DNA of 63,789 nt, the filler included, from Lama guanicoe (lineage: Eukaryota), in NCBI GenBank assembly GCA_013239625.1. It is 199 parts of 199 records of this genome, joined end to end, with 100 filler letters (N's around TTAATTAATTAA, not from the genome) between each part and the next. Parts side by side here need not be neighbours in the genome. Positions count along the whole stretch, not along the records: positions 51,039 to 51,259 come from PNXV01040846.1; positions 51,360 to 51,580 come from PNXV01040847.1; positions 51,681 to 51,901 come from PNXV01040848.1; positions 52,002 to 52,222 come from PNXV01040849.1; positions 52,323 to 52,543 come from PNXV01040850.1; positions 52,644 to 52,864 come from PNXV01040851.1; positions 52,965 to 53,185 come from PNXV01040852.1; positions 53,286 to 53,506 come from PNXV01040853.1; 191 more parts are not named here. One strand, given 5' to 3'. The first letter of the stretch is position 1; the number at the start of each line of letters is the position of its first letter. The position numbers were made by a program, and so were the translations under genes. The notes beneath the pieces are model-generated. The model was not told the origin of the DNA. It was given only the letters and a program-made list of their open reading frames with translations, and made no database searches. Below are positions 50,939-62,763 of this stretch, piece after piece.

Positions 50939-52399
50939 NNNNNNNNNNNNNNNNNNNNNNNNNNNNNNNNNNNNNNNNNNNNTTAATTAATTAANNNNNN
51001 NNNNNNNNNNNNNNNNNNNNNNNNNNNNNNNNNNNNNNCTGGTGGTGCAAGAGGGCGGCGGGGATGAGAGCCCGCGCTCTGGGATCCGCCAAGCTGGGTC
51101 TAAACACCAGCTTTGCTATTTGCCCAGCTTTGGGGGGCGAGTCCATCTTGTATCGATAGATGCTCAGATTCCCCATCTATGAGACAAGGATGCTAATAAG
51201 GTAAAATGCATACCTTATGGTCAAGAGGCTCACAAAGGCTGTAAAACAGCCATTCTGACNNNNNNNNNNNNNNNNNNNNNNNNNNNNNNNNNNNNNNNNN
51301 NNNTTAATTAATTAANNNNNNNNNNNNNNNNNNNNNNNNNNNNNNNNNNNNNNNNNNNNGAAGATCTAGATGAACGTAGTCCACCATTTTAATGTGTTTA
51401 GATATTTCTTGTCCACTCACTAATTATAAGTTATCAATTTATTCAATTCAATAAACCTTTTTAAAGAGCTATGAGATGCTGTATATTCAAGAGCAAATCA
51501 CATTGTTATTTTCTTTAACAACCCCTGCAGTCTAGTAAGACAACTACCACTAACTGCAATCGCTCCTTATTTGTATGCTANNNNNNNNNNNNNNNNNNNN
51601 NNNNNNNNNNNNNNNNNNNNNNNNTTAATTAATTAANNNNNNNNNNNNNNNNNNNNNNNNNNNNNNNNNNNNNNNNNNNNCTACTGCACAGGCTCTAACT
51701 GGTTTCTTGCAGACATTCATTTAGAGGAAGGCAAGCCCCTTTATGCTGAAGGCAGGGATACCGCCATCTTCCGGACCATTCTTCCTCCCCTCCACCTGTC
51801 TGCCCGGTGCCCCCACTTATCTAACTACCTGACAGAAGCACGTGCACCTGGAGGCAGATTTTCAGGTTTACAGAGTTGAGGCAATGCTAACAAATGTACC
51901 ANNNNNNNNNNNNNNNNNNNNNNNNNNNNNNNNNNNNNNNNNNNNTTAATTAATTAANNNNNNNNNNNNNNNNNNNNNNNNNNNNNNNNNNNNNNNNNNN
52001 NTTGATGGTGGGGCCGGGGGTGGGGGGTGTCTTCAGGAACTTAGACCGCCACTGTGTGAGCCTCCTTAATCTCACATGTGGATTATTGCACACTTTTCTA
52101 ACTGGTCTCTGTTTTCACCCTTCGGCCTGACAGCCTAGTCTCAACACAAGAGCTAGAGAAATGATGTGAAAACACACAGTCAATCATGTTTCTCCAACTC
52201 AAAACTCAGTGTCTTCCCACCTNNNNNNNNNNNNNNNNNNNNNNNNNNNNNNNNNNNNNNNNNNNNTTAATTAATTAANNNNNNNNNNNNNNNNNNNNNN
52301 NNNNNNNNNNNNNNNNNNNNNNAATGAATAATTGATTTTAAAACCTTGTGTTGCAAAGAATGGATTATCTACTGATGATTTCTGAGGTTTCTTCCCAGA

Positions 52400-52543
52400 A
52401 TCTGGAATCCAGATTATTATGTCTCACATTGTTGGTGTGCAAAGAAATTGCATGGAGAGTCTCGTTAAAATACAGATTCTAACAGAAGAGATTTAATTGT
52501 GAGACCTAAGATTCTGTATTTTAACAAGGTCCCTTAGTGTGGA
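52400..52543. mobile_element. MER5A-like fragment
   Basis: ctcgttaaaatacagattct...gacctaagattctgtattttaacaaggtccc. Confidence 0.65.
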
Positions 52544-53927
52544 NNNNNNNNNNNNNNNNNNNNNNNNNNNNNNNNNNNNNNNNNNNNTTAATTAATTAAN
52601 NNNNNNNNNNNNNNNNNNNNNNNNNNNNNNNNNNNNNNNNNNNATTAGTAGAGAAAACATGCCCTTGAAGTCTGACAAGGCCCTGCTAGAATCCTGCTCC
52701 AGCATTTACTAGCCGCTAAATGGACCAATATCTTAACCCCTCTGAGAAGGCTTGCCAATCCGCAAAAGGGGGCTGCCACCCCCCACATGGGAGGGATGGG
52801 TATGAATGGAACACCCAATTAGGGCAGCCGACTGGTACCTGACACAGGGCCTGGCTAGTTTCCCNNNNNNNNNNNNNNNNNNNNNNNNNNNNNNNNNNNN
52901 NNNNNNNNTTAATTAATTAANNNNNNNNNNNNNNNNNNNNNNNNNNNNNNNNNNNNNNNNNNNNACTTAATATTAAAGAAGAGGATTTCTCTTTATTGCA
53001 TAAGCCTCCTGGCCATCATTGCTATGGGACAGGGTCAGTGGGTTACTTCTAGGGGCACAGATGCGCATCTCTTCCTCTGGGTCCCCGTGGACAGCGCCAA
53101 TCCTGGGCCATGGCTGGAAGGGGTTGGAGCTGTTATGGGGCTGCTTCACGATCCATAGTCAGACCAAGGTCAACGGGCCCACTTTNNNNNNNNNNNNNNN
53201 NNNNNNNNNNNNNNNNNNNNNNNNNNNNNTTAATTAATTAANNNNNNNNNNNNNNNNNNNNNNNNNNNNNNNNNNNNNNNNNNNNGAGTGTGGTTTGGGG
53301 AAGACATTTTTTATGCCTTAAAAACTGGAAGTGACAAAGAAAGTGAGGAGTGTTGTCTGATCCAGCTTCTGCATTTATTCCATCCCTTTTATATTTACTC
53401 ATTGGCCTATTAATCTATGATAAATCATGCTTTTCTTTCAACAAATACATCAAAATTTCTACACAAACATTTTTCCTGTATATCTGGCTTATCGCTGTCT
53501 TCTCTANNNNNNNNNNNNNNNNNNNNNNNNNNNNNNNNNNNNNNNNNNNNTTAATTAATTAANNNNNNNNNNNNNNNNNNNNNNNNNNNNNNNNNNNNNN
53601 NNNNNNTTATCTATTGGAAAGAAGGAAAGAAAGAAGGAAAAGTGGAGGGAGGGAGAAAAAGAGGAAGGGAGGAAGGAAAGAAAAATATTCTTGCATAATA
53701 ACTTAAGAAAATTCACATACTTATTCCTCCAGGTCAAAAATTATTATTATTAATATTTTAATGACAGATGCTCTATGTAAAGTAGCAGAGAAATCAGCAT
53801 TTGCTGCATGTCTCATTAACAGAGTATNNNNNNNNNNNNNNNNNNNNNNNNNNNNNNNNNNNNNNNNNNNNTTAATTAATTAANNNNNNNNNNNNNNNNN
53901 NNNNNNNNNNNNNNNNNNNNNNNNNNN

Positions 53928-54148
53928 TGGAGAATGTCATTGTAAGTGAAGTAAGCCAGAAAGAGAAAGAAAAACATCATATGAGACTGCTCATATGCGG
54001 AATCTAAAAAAACAAAAACAAACAAACAAACAAAACCAAACATAAATACAAAACAGAAACAGACTCGTAGACATAAAATACAAACTTGTGGTTGCCAGAG
54101 GGACAGGGGGTGGGAAGGGACAGACTGGGATTTCAAAATGTAGAATAG
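53928..54148 (+). mobile_element. Young camelid-type L1 3' UTR
   Basis: aagtgaagtaagccagaaagagaaagaaaaa...tacaaaacagaaacagactc...gggaagggacagactgggatttcaaaatgtagaatag. Confidence 0.88.
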
Positions 54149-55532
54149 NNNNNNNNNNNNNNNNNNNNNNNNNNNNNNNNNNNNNNNNNNNNTTAATTAA
54201 TTAANNNNNNNNNNNNNNNNNNNNNNNNNNNNNNNNNNNNNNNNNNNNGTTTTGAGACTCCATAGCCCAAACTCTGAAACACCCCATCCTTCTATTCGAT
54301 TCTTAATTTGGGCTTGGGGAACGGCTTGCTTCTGGTCTTTAAGAATACGTCCAGCTGTGAATGTGGTGAGGAGAAGACTCGGGAAAGGAATTAGCATAAA
54401 AACATGAACAAGATACAAACTTTTTGTAGATATGATAAGTAGCAGTTGTGTTTTATGAGAAAGTAGAGANNNNNNNNNNNNNNNNNNNNNNNNNNNNNNN
54501 NNNNNNNNNNNNNTTAATTAATTAANNNNNNNNNNNNNNNNNNNNNNNNNNNNNNNNNNNNNNNNNNNNCAAAATCTTTCAAAAAAAGTGATCTCAGAGG
54601 CACATCCGAGGCTGGGTCAGCTTTGAAACCAGATAGCACTGGGGCAAGCACTGGGCTCTTCTCTCTGTAGCTGAGCTTTGGATAAATTATTCATCTTTTT
54701 AAGCTTTCATCTCCTTCCAGTGTTGTTCAATAAGACAACCCATGAAAAGCATTTAGCATGTGCCAGACACACAGTAGGTGTTCAAAAAAANNNNNNNNNN
54801 NNNNNNNNNNNNNNNNNNNNNNNNNNNNNNNNNNTTAATTAATTAANNNNNNNNNNNNNNNNNNNNNNNNNNNNNNNNNNNNNNNNNNNNGGGACAAGAG
54901 TAACATTTAGCCTTGGGGTAAATACTTCCAACTAATGATTCAAGACTCTTCTGGGTCTTCTATCCAATGCCCTGTGAAGCATGAAGATTTCCAGTATGAC
55001 TTGTGAAAATAGGTGTTATTCCCCTACCTGTTTTAGCACTAGGCATTCTTAATGCCCTGGAGTTGGGTAGTTTTCTTACATAATTCACTGAGCAACTCTT
55101 TGCTGGATACTNNNNNNNNNNNNNNNNNNNNNNNNNNNNNNNNNNNNNNNNNNNNTTAATTAATTAANNNNNNNNNNNNNNNNNNNNNNNNNNNNNNNNN
55201 NNNNNNNNNNNCCCCAGGGTCACTGCATGGCCTGAATATCACCACTATTCTCTTAACTATACATTCATATTCACTCCCTTAAATAGAGACTCAAAATCTC
55301 TCTCCTCATAAAACCTAACCGTGATTAGCATCACTTAACTTAATTTCATCACTTTAGTAGCAGAAAGGCCCAGGATCAGAAATCAGATCTGGCTTCTAAT
55401 CATGGTTCTTTTTCTCAATAGATTACCTAGGCNNNNNNNNNNNNNNNNNNNNNNNNNNNNNNNNNNNNNNNNNNNNTTAATTAATTAANNNNNNNNNNNN
55501 NNNNNNNNNNNNNNNNNNNNNNNNNNNNNNNN

Positions 55533-55753
55533 GCAAAACAAAACAGAGACGCATTTGTGAAGGTCACAGCCCAGGGGCACAGGCTCCCGACAAGACTGAG
55601 ACCCAGCGGAGGGCTCTAGAATGCCTCCTCTTCCCCCCCGACACCTCACCACCCCGTCACTGAAGGCCTATTTCCAGCACTTCCTTTTACCCAGTATGTC
55701 GTGTCCAGCTTTCAACAAAAAATTGGACATCATACTGAAAGGCAAAAAAAAAA
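55533..55753 (+). mobile_element. Old L1M 5'-region fragment
   Basis: tgtgaaggtcacagcccaggggcacaggct...tgtccagctttcaacaaaaaatt...catactgaaaggcaaaa. Confidence 0.6.
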
Positions 55754-55853
55754 NNNNNNNNNNNNNNNNNNNNNNNNNNNNNNNNNNNNNNNNNNNNTTA
55801 ATTAATTAANNNNNNNNNNNNNNNNNNNNNNNNNNNNNNNNNNNNNNNNNNNN

Positions 55854-55900
<47 letters not shown>

Positions 55901-56073
55901 AATGAGAGAGGGAGAGAGAGTGATCCTTTAATTTTCACCCAGGATCGGGTGAAATTTCCGTTGCTGCGCAAAGTGCTGAAAGAAAAGACAGTTCGGCAAC
56001 AAAAGGCCGACGTGGTCCCCAGGCGGAGGCGCGGGAGGGGCGGGAGGCCTGGAGGGAGGGGAGCTCAGCGGGG
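55854..56073. repeat. (GA)n microsatellite next to a CpG-island edge
   Basis: About 20 GA units at 55854-55894, then GC/CpG-rich sequence toward 56073. Confidence 0.85.
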
Positions 56074-58871
56074 NNNNNNNNNNNNNNNNNNNNNNNNNNN
56101 NNNNNNNNNNNNNNNNNTTAATTAATTAANNNNNNNNNNNNNNNNNNNNNNNNNNNNNNNNNNNNNNNNNNNNCCAGAGGATGGATTGTAGAGAGAGTGC
56201 ATTTAAGTCCCAAGAGCCCCTCACATAGTTATTATGACATTCCTTGCCTCAGTTAATCCTCACAGCAACTGTACAAGGTAGGTGGGTCTGGTGCCATTAA
56301 CCCCACTTTATAGATGCAGAAATTGATGGTAGAGCAGGACAGGGATCCACCAGCCCTTTGGATTCCCGGTGCTGTGTTCTTTCCCCTGAAACACNNNNNN
56401 NNNNNNNNNNNNNNNNNNNNNNNNNNNNNNNNNNNNNNTTAATTAATTAANNNNNNNNNNNNNNNNNNNNNNNNNNNNNNNNNNNNNNNNNNNNATTGTG
56501 GGGACAGGCAGGGCTAAAACTTTTACAAGTAAATGGAAGAAACCACCCCACACATGTAGAAAATGAGCCTCTGTTTATGTTCATAATTATAACATGAATT
56601 GGATGGGATTAAGCATCTAAGGAGATGATTTAGGTGTACTTCACTGGCATATTTAATTTGAGTCACATTGGCTATCTAATATAGCCATAACTTAATCTAA
56701 AGAAATGTTAACTTTNNNNNNNNNNNNNNNNNNNNNNNNNNNNNNNNNNNNNNNNNNNNTTAATTAATTAANNNNNNNNNNNNNNNNNNNNNNNNNNNNN
56801 NNNNNNNNNNNNNNNCATACAACCTGTGTTTTCCTCTAATTCTGAAAACTGGGAGAGAAGGTCCGAGGATAAGGCCAGAAAGAAAAAGCATTCAGCATGG
56901 CATGGAGGTATCTGGGCAACCAGGGTAAAATTAATAACTCGAAGATAAAATTGTCGTTCAGCCTCTAAGACTCAGAATTAGTTCCAATGTGGTTTAAAAA
57001 TAGAACCAGCTAAAAGGAGACACGCAGAAGTGAGTCNNNNNNNNNNNNNNNNNNNNNNNNNNNNNNNNNNNNNNNNNNNNTTAATTAATTAANNNNNNNN
57101 NNNNNNNNNNNNNNNNNNNNNNNNNNNNNNNNNNNNGCATCCTCCAGGTGGGCAACTATCTGAGTGAACTCTCAGCCTGCTGACCCCAGGGTGGGCAGAG
57201 CGAGTATCTCTTCCAAAGGCTCATCCTCAGCAGGACTGGAGCCTCGGGAGCTCCGGGGCCTTTGAGGGGCGCCTCTGCGTTTCCCGGGTGTCAGGGCTTC
57301 TGCTTGAGCCTTTCTGCCTGCAGCCACCAGGCAGCTTGTAACCACCCTGGAGCCCCGNNNNNNNNNNNNNNNNNNNNNNNNNNNNNNNNNNNNNNNNNNN
57401 NTTAATTAATTAANNNNNNNNNNNNNNNNNNNNNNNNNNNNNNNNNNNNNNNNNNNNTAATTTTCCCCTCTTTTAATTGTTTATAAAATCAAATTTAAAA
57501 CTTCAATTCAATTTCTATAAATACTTCCAAAATGCAAATCCCCCAAAATAGGAGAGCCTTTCCTATCCAAATCCAAGACCCCCTCCCACCTCTGCCAAAG
57601 TCATCGTGCTCCACCACCAAAGGTATCAATGACAGGTGGGGGAGATTTATGTCTGGAGTGAGGATGCAATGGTGAATCNNNNNNNNNNNNNNNNNNNNNN
57701 NNNNNNNNNNNNNNNNNNNNNNTTAATTAATTAANNNNNNNNNNNNNNNNNNNNNNNNNNNNNNNNNNNNNNNNNNNNAGCCTCACTTTACTGATGTCGA
57801 TGTGAGGACTGACTGGTTTCCCAGTCCCAGGGCAGATGGTCCTTCCAGAGTTAAGAAATCTGAATCTCTGGGAGCCCAGCCCTGGTGCCCAGCACAGCCC
57901 AGATGCAGCTCTGAGGCAGGACAGGGGATCCAGATTTTGTGAGCCGGAAGGACTGAGGTCCCCTTCAAGAAGAAGGAATGCCGAATTGTAAAAAGATGAN
58001 NNNNNNNNNNNNNNNNNNNNNNNNNNNNNNNNNNNNNNNNNNNTTAATTAATTAANNNNNNNNNNNNNNNNNNNNNNNNNNNNNNNNNNNNNNNNNNNNC
58101 CCCATCACCTCCTCCTAGAAGCCTCCACTGGAAAGACACCCCTCTCTCATCTCCCCCTCCCCACCACCTCACCCCAGGGTACCAGAGTACCACCACCCCA
58201 GCTCTTTAGCTGTCCCTTAAACATGTCCATCTCATTCCCTGATCACTTGGGTAGGGCTGACATGCTGCCATGCCCATCTTGCCCCCTGGGAATCCAAAGA
58301 AGGTGACAAGTATCTCCCTTNNNNNNNNNNNNNNNNNNNNNNNNNNNNNNNNNNNNNNNNNNNNTTAATTAATTAANNNNNNNNNNNNNNNNNNNNNNNN
58401 NNNNNNNNNNNNNNNNNNNNCCAATCCCCAGGTCCAGGGTGACAGAAGGAGCTGGGGCAGGGGCCCCTCACAGCACCAGAAGCAAGGAGCCCCTCCCTGC
58501 CTGAGTTGAGGGGAGGTTGCAAAGGTCCCCGGGCCCTTCAAATCAGAGCTCCCAGAGAAGAGGCTGTGCCTCCATCAGACCAGGGTTTCCAAGGGGGCCC
58601 AGCCACTGCCCACTCCTCTGCAGGCCACCAGTTCCTCACCANNNNNNNNNNNNNNNNNNNNNNNNNNNNNNNNNNNNNNNNNNNNTTAATTAATTAANNN
58701 NNNNNNNNNNNNNNNNNNNNNNNNNNNNNNNNNNNNNNNNNAACCATCTGAGTGGGACAGAGATTGAGAGGAGGGACACAATGAACCTGTTACCTACTAG
58801 GACCCCTAGTGTCTACATTTCCTTTAGCGAAGGGCAAAACATTCCCATCATAGAGAGTGGGTATGCAGTCT

Positions 58872-58962
58872 TGTAACTGAGCAGGACCCTGTGGGGCCTT
58901 CCCGGGCAGACCCCTCCCCTGTATCCTCTGCTGCAGCTCCTCTCTGAAGCACCCAGGTAACA
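58872..58962 (+). mobile_element. Start of an ERV1-type LTR
   Basis: tgtaactgagcaggaccctgtggggccttcccggg... (TG start typical of an LTR). Confidence 0.55.
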
Positions 58963-59229
58963 NNNNNNNNNNNNNNNNNNNNNNNNNNNNNNNNNNNNNN
59001 NNNNNNTTAATTAATTAANNNNNNNNNNNNNNNNNNNNNNNNNNNNNNNNNNNNNNNNNNNNGACAAGAGAGAATACAGTGGTAAACATGATCCTTTAAG
59101 TGTGAAACATGCTTCAATTAGGATAATCCAATAGATTTAATCAAGAAAAAAAAAAGCCAAGCTTCTAGTTAAAGGACAGAGGTCATTTTATTACGAGTAT
59201 TGCAAAGGTTTAATCACAGTTAAAATATA

Positions 59230-59283
59230 TACAGTTGATTCTCATTATTTGCAGGAATTATGTTCCATAAAGTCATCATGCAC
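59230..59283 (+). mobile_element. TcMar-Tigger MITE terminus (MER82-like)
   Basis: TA|cagttgattctcattatttgcag...ttatgttccataaagtc. Confidence 0.6.
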
Positions 59284-59705
59284 NNNNNNNNNNNNNNNNN
59301 NNNNNNNNNNNNNNNNNNNNNNNNNNNTTAATTAATTAANNNNNNNNNNNNNNNNNNNNNNNNNNNNNNNNNNNNNNNNNNNNTTTCCTGAATAGGCTTC
59401 ATCTAAAGGCCCCAGGGGCACCAAGTGACAGTTTTACGCGGGTCATCAGTTCGAAAGCTCTGGAGAGTCTAAGAGAAAACATACAATAAGTCCCCCACCC
59501 CACCCCCGCCGTCATTATATAGAAAAGAGAGAGAGAGGAAATCCTCCTCCCCCGGGGGCCCCTTTTGTGTTGTTCCTGCCGACGCAGCAGCCCTCCTGCT
59601 ATATANNNNNNNNNNNNNNNNNNNNNNNNNNNNNNNNNNNNNNNNNNNNTTAATTAATTAANNNNNNNNNNNNNNNNNNNNNNNNNNNNNNNNNNNNNNN
59701 NNNNN

Positions 59706-59926
59706 AGACTTTGACTGGAATTTCATTGAATCTGCTGATGAATTTTTTAGAAATCAATATTATAAAAGTATCGAGTCTCCCAAACAATTATAGTATATAA
59801 CTCTCCATTTGTTTAGATATTATCAATTTTCTTTGAGCATGTATGTGTAGTTTTTATTATGTAAGGTGTACACATATTTTATTTTAAAAGATCTAAAGTT
59901 CTCAAGTGTTCATAGATTTAAAAAAA
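59706..59926 (-). mobile_element. Old L1M ORF2 fragment
   Basis: ttgactggaatttcattgaatctg...ctctccatttgtttagat...ttttc. Confidence 0.7.
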
Positions 59927-61635
59927 NNNNNNNNNNNNNNNNNNNNNNNNNNNNNNNNNNNNNNNNNNNNTTAATTAATTAANNNNNNNNNNNNNNNNNN
60001 NNNNNNNNNNNNNNNNNNNNNNNNNNTCTCTCTTCAAGCTTTTCAGCACATCACCTTCACCACCAACGACCACTATAGGAGGTGGTAGCCCGGGCTTCTA
60101 GCCGATCCCATTAGCGGACCCCCAGTATCGATAGTTCTTGACTCATAAGCGGAAGTGAAAATTATTGGTTATACCCATCCTTTGCCCTGGAATAAATCTG
60201 CTTGCACGCCTCAGAATACTTTGTATTTCTTTACTCAAAACAGGACANNNNNNNNNNNNNNNNNNNNNNNNNNNNNNNNNNNNNNNNNNNNTTAATTAAT
60301 TAANNNNNNNNNNNNNNNNNNNNNNNNNNNNNNNNNNNNNNNNNNNNCAGGCTCATGACAGCCTGTACCAGCTCACCCAGAATAAGAGGCTCCGGGGAGG
60401 CGTTATCTGCAGGGAGGCTGGGGAGGACATCACCGAATGTTTAAGAGAGAATCAAGCCCCACAGGGACCACAGGAGGTGGATCAGCACTTCTCACCCTCC
60501 GCTCTGTGTCAGCTCTGTCAGGTTGGAATCGCCACCACCTCCAGTCCTCCTCGCTTCTGACTCAGTGCANNNNNNNNNNNNNNNNNNNNNNNNNNNNNNN
60601 NNNNNNNNNNNNNTTAATTAATTAANNNNNNNNNNNNNNNNNNNNNNNNNNNNNNNNNNNNNNNNNNNNACAGTAAAAAAGAATAGATGATTGAATCTTC
60701 ACACTGACCTCAGTAAAATCTCAGGAAGAGACTGCTATTTGTCAAAGTGATTAATTCAAGCCTTAATCAAATGGTTTTTTACATGAATGAATGCTGATTT
60801 TTTTTCCTGTATAGTTTCCAAATTTTGTGATGTTTAACACATTTACATTTCCGTCTTTCAGCCAGAGGCCCTCTGCAACAGGCTATTAACCNNNNNNNNN
60901 NNNNNNNNNNNNNNNNNNNNNNNNNNNNNNNNNNNTTAATTAATTAANNNNNNNNNNNNNNNNNNNNNNNNNNNNNNNNNNNNNNNNNNNNAATCACTAA
61001 CACTTCAGTCTCTGATTCTGGATTCAGACTTTATCTAGTAGCTATCCTGTACCATGTGGCTGCACTTGAACTCCCTGTGTGTAAAAGGACAGTTTATCAT
61101 CCTCTATCAGAAGAGCCTGAAACATGAGATTTGGAAAGGTTTGACCCTACCTAAGACTAGAGGGAAGTCCTTTCTAATTTCAAACCTTTCAACTTAGAAA
61201 ACTGAAAATAATTNNNNNNNNNNNNNNNNNNNNNNNNNNNNNNNNNNNNNNNNNNNNTTAATTAATTAANNNNNNNNNNNNNNNNNNNNNNNNNNNNNNN
61301 NNNNNNNNNNNNNATACTTCTGGTCATGTGTGAATACATTAATATTAATATCAACTATCATCAATCAGCAATAAAAGAAAAATCCAAAATATGACCCTTT
61401 AAAGGAAACCAAACATGACACTATAAGCATTTTCCAGTATATGACATGGTCAATAATGTTCCAAAGGACTAGAAACCAAAATCCTATTGTGACCTCAAAA
61501 TGCTTCTGAGCAGTGGTTTAATCTGGATTGTGAGANNNNNNNNNNNNNNNNNNNNNNNNNNNNNNNNNNNNNNNNNNNNTTAATTAATTAANNNNNNNNN
61601 NNNNNNNNNNNNNNNNNNNNNNNNNNNNNNNNNNN

Positions 61636-61857
61636 GCTCGCCCCGACGGGCGGCTCAGCCGGGCCCCCGCGCCCCGCGCCCCGCCGCCCCCGCGGCGGCT
61701 CTGGGCGGCCGCCCCATGACTGACTGACGCGGAGCCGCCGCGGGCTGGGCCGCTCCGGCCTCCGACGCGCAACCGTCTCCGCCAATGGGCGAGGCGCCTC
61801 GGCGCTCGGCTGGCGCTGCCTGGCGTGCGCGCCGCCCCGCCCCCGCGCCGCCGGGGC
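61636..61857. promoter_or_regulatory. CpG-island promoter fragment with TGAC repeats/CRE half-site, CCAAT, an NRF1-like site and GC boxes
   Basis: TGACTGACTGACGC 61717-61730; CCAAT 61782-61786; GCGTGCGC 61823-61830; CCGCCC repeats at about 61832-61843. Confidence 0.7.
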
Positions 61858-62603
61858 NNNNNNNNNNNNNNNNNNNNNNNNNNNNNNNNNNNNNNNNNNN
61901 NTTAATTAATTAANNNNNNNNNNNNNNNNNNNNNNNNNNNNNNNNNNNNNNNNNNNNTGTGCCACACTTGAGTGAGGTACAGCCTCCCCAGATAAACTCT
62001 GCCATCCTCCTCCTAGAGGGGCTCCTGCAGGGGATAAAGCCCAGGCCTACTTGAGGAAGGATGGGACCCCTTTTCCTCCTCAGCCTTGGCCAATCATCCT
62101 TCCCTTTCGTTCAAAAAACTTCAATTACTATGCCCTCCTTCTGGGACTCTTCACATTTTCTTCTTAAAGCACTTCGGCTNNNNNNNNNNNNNNNNNNNNN
62201 NNNNNNNNNNNNNNNNNNNNNNNTTAATTAATTAANNNNNNNNNNNNNNNNNNNNNNNNNNNNNNNNNNNNNNNNNNNNCCCAGGACCAGGTGTTCCACG
62301 GAGAAGCTGTCGCTGGGGTGGGAGGGCCTCGCCCTGGGGCCCGGTGTCATCTGATGTCTCTTGATCTGCAGGAACTGCTTGCTGGCCTGCAGGAAGGCTG
62401 AGGCCCCGAGGAATCACAGAGCCTCAGCACCTCATCACAGTTCTCCAGGCCCAGGTAGCTGGGTGAGGACTCCAGGAAGGATTCTAACTGGTAGATGCGG
62501 ANNNNNNNNNNNNNNNNNNNNNNNNNNNNNNNNNNNNNNNNNNNNTTAATTAATTAANNNNNNNNNNNNNNNNNNNNNNNNNNNNNNNNNNNNNNNNNNN
62601 NAA

Positions 62604-62763
62604 GGGGAAAGCCGAGCAAAGGAATCCAAGCCCCCGAAGCCTGGCACGAGAAAATGCGCTAAATGTGGCCGCCTAGACTTCATCCTGATGAAGAAAATGG
62701 GGATTAAAAGTGGATTTACATTTTGGAGCCTCGTCTTTTTATTGACGGTGTCTTGTGTGAAAG
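62604..62763 (+). CDS. CSMD3: CUB and Sushi multiple domains 3, coding exon 1 (start codon lies upstream of the contig) with phase-1 donor
   Basis: GESRAKESKPPKPGTRKCAKCGRLDFILMKKMGIKSGFTFWSLVFLLTVSCVK(G) matches the CSMD3 N-terminus; donor AAG|GTAGGT at 62763/62764. Confidence 0.95.
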
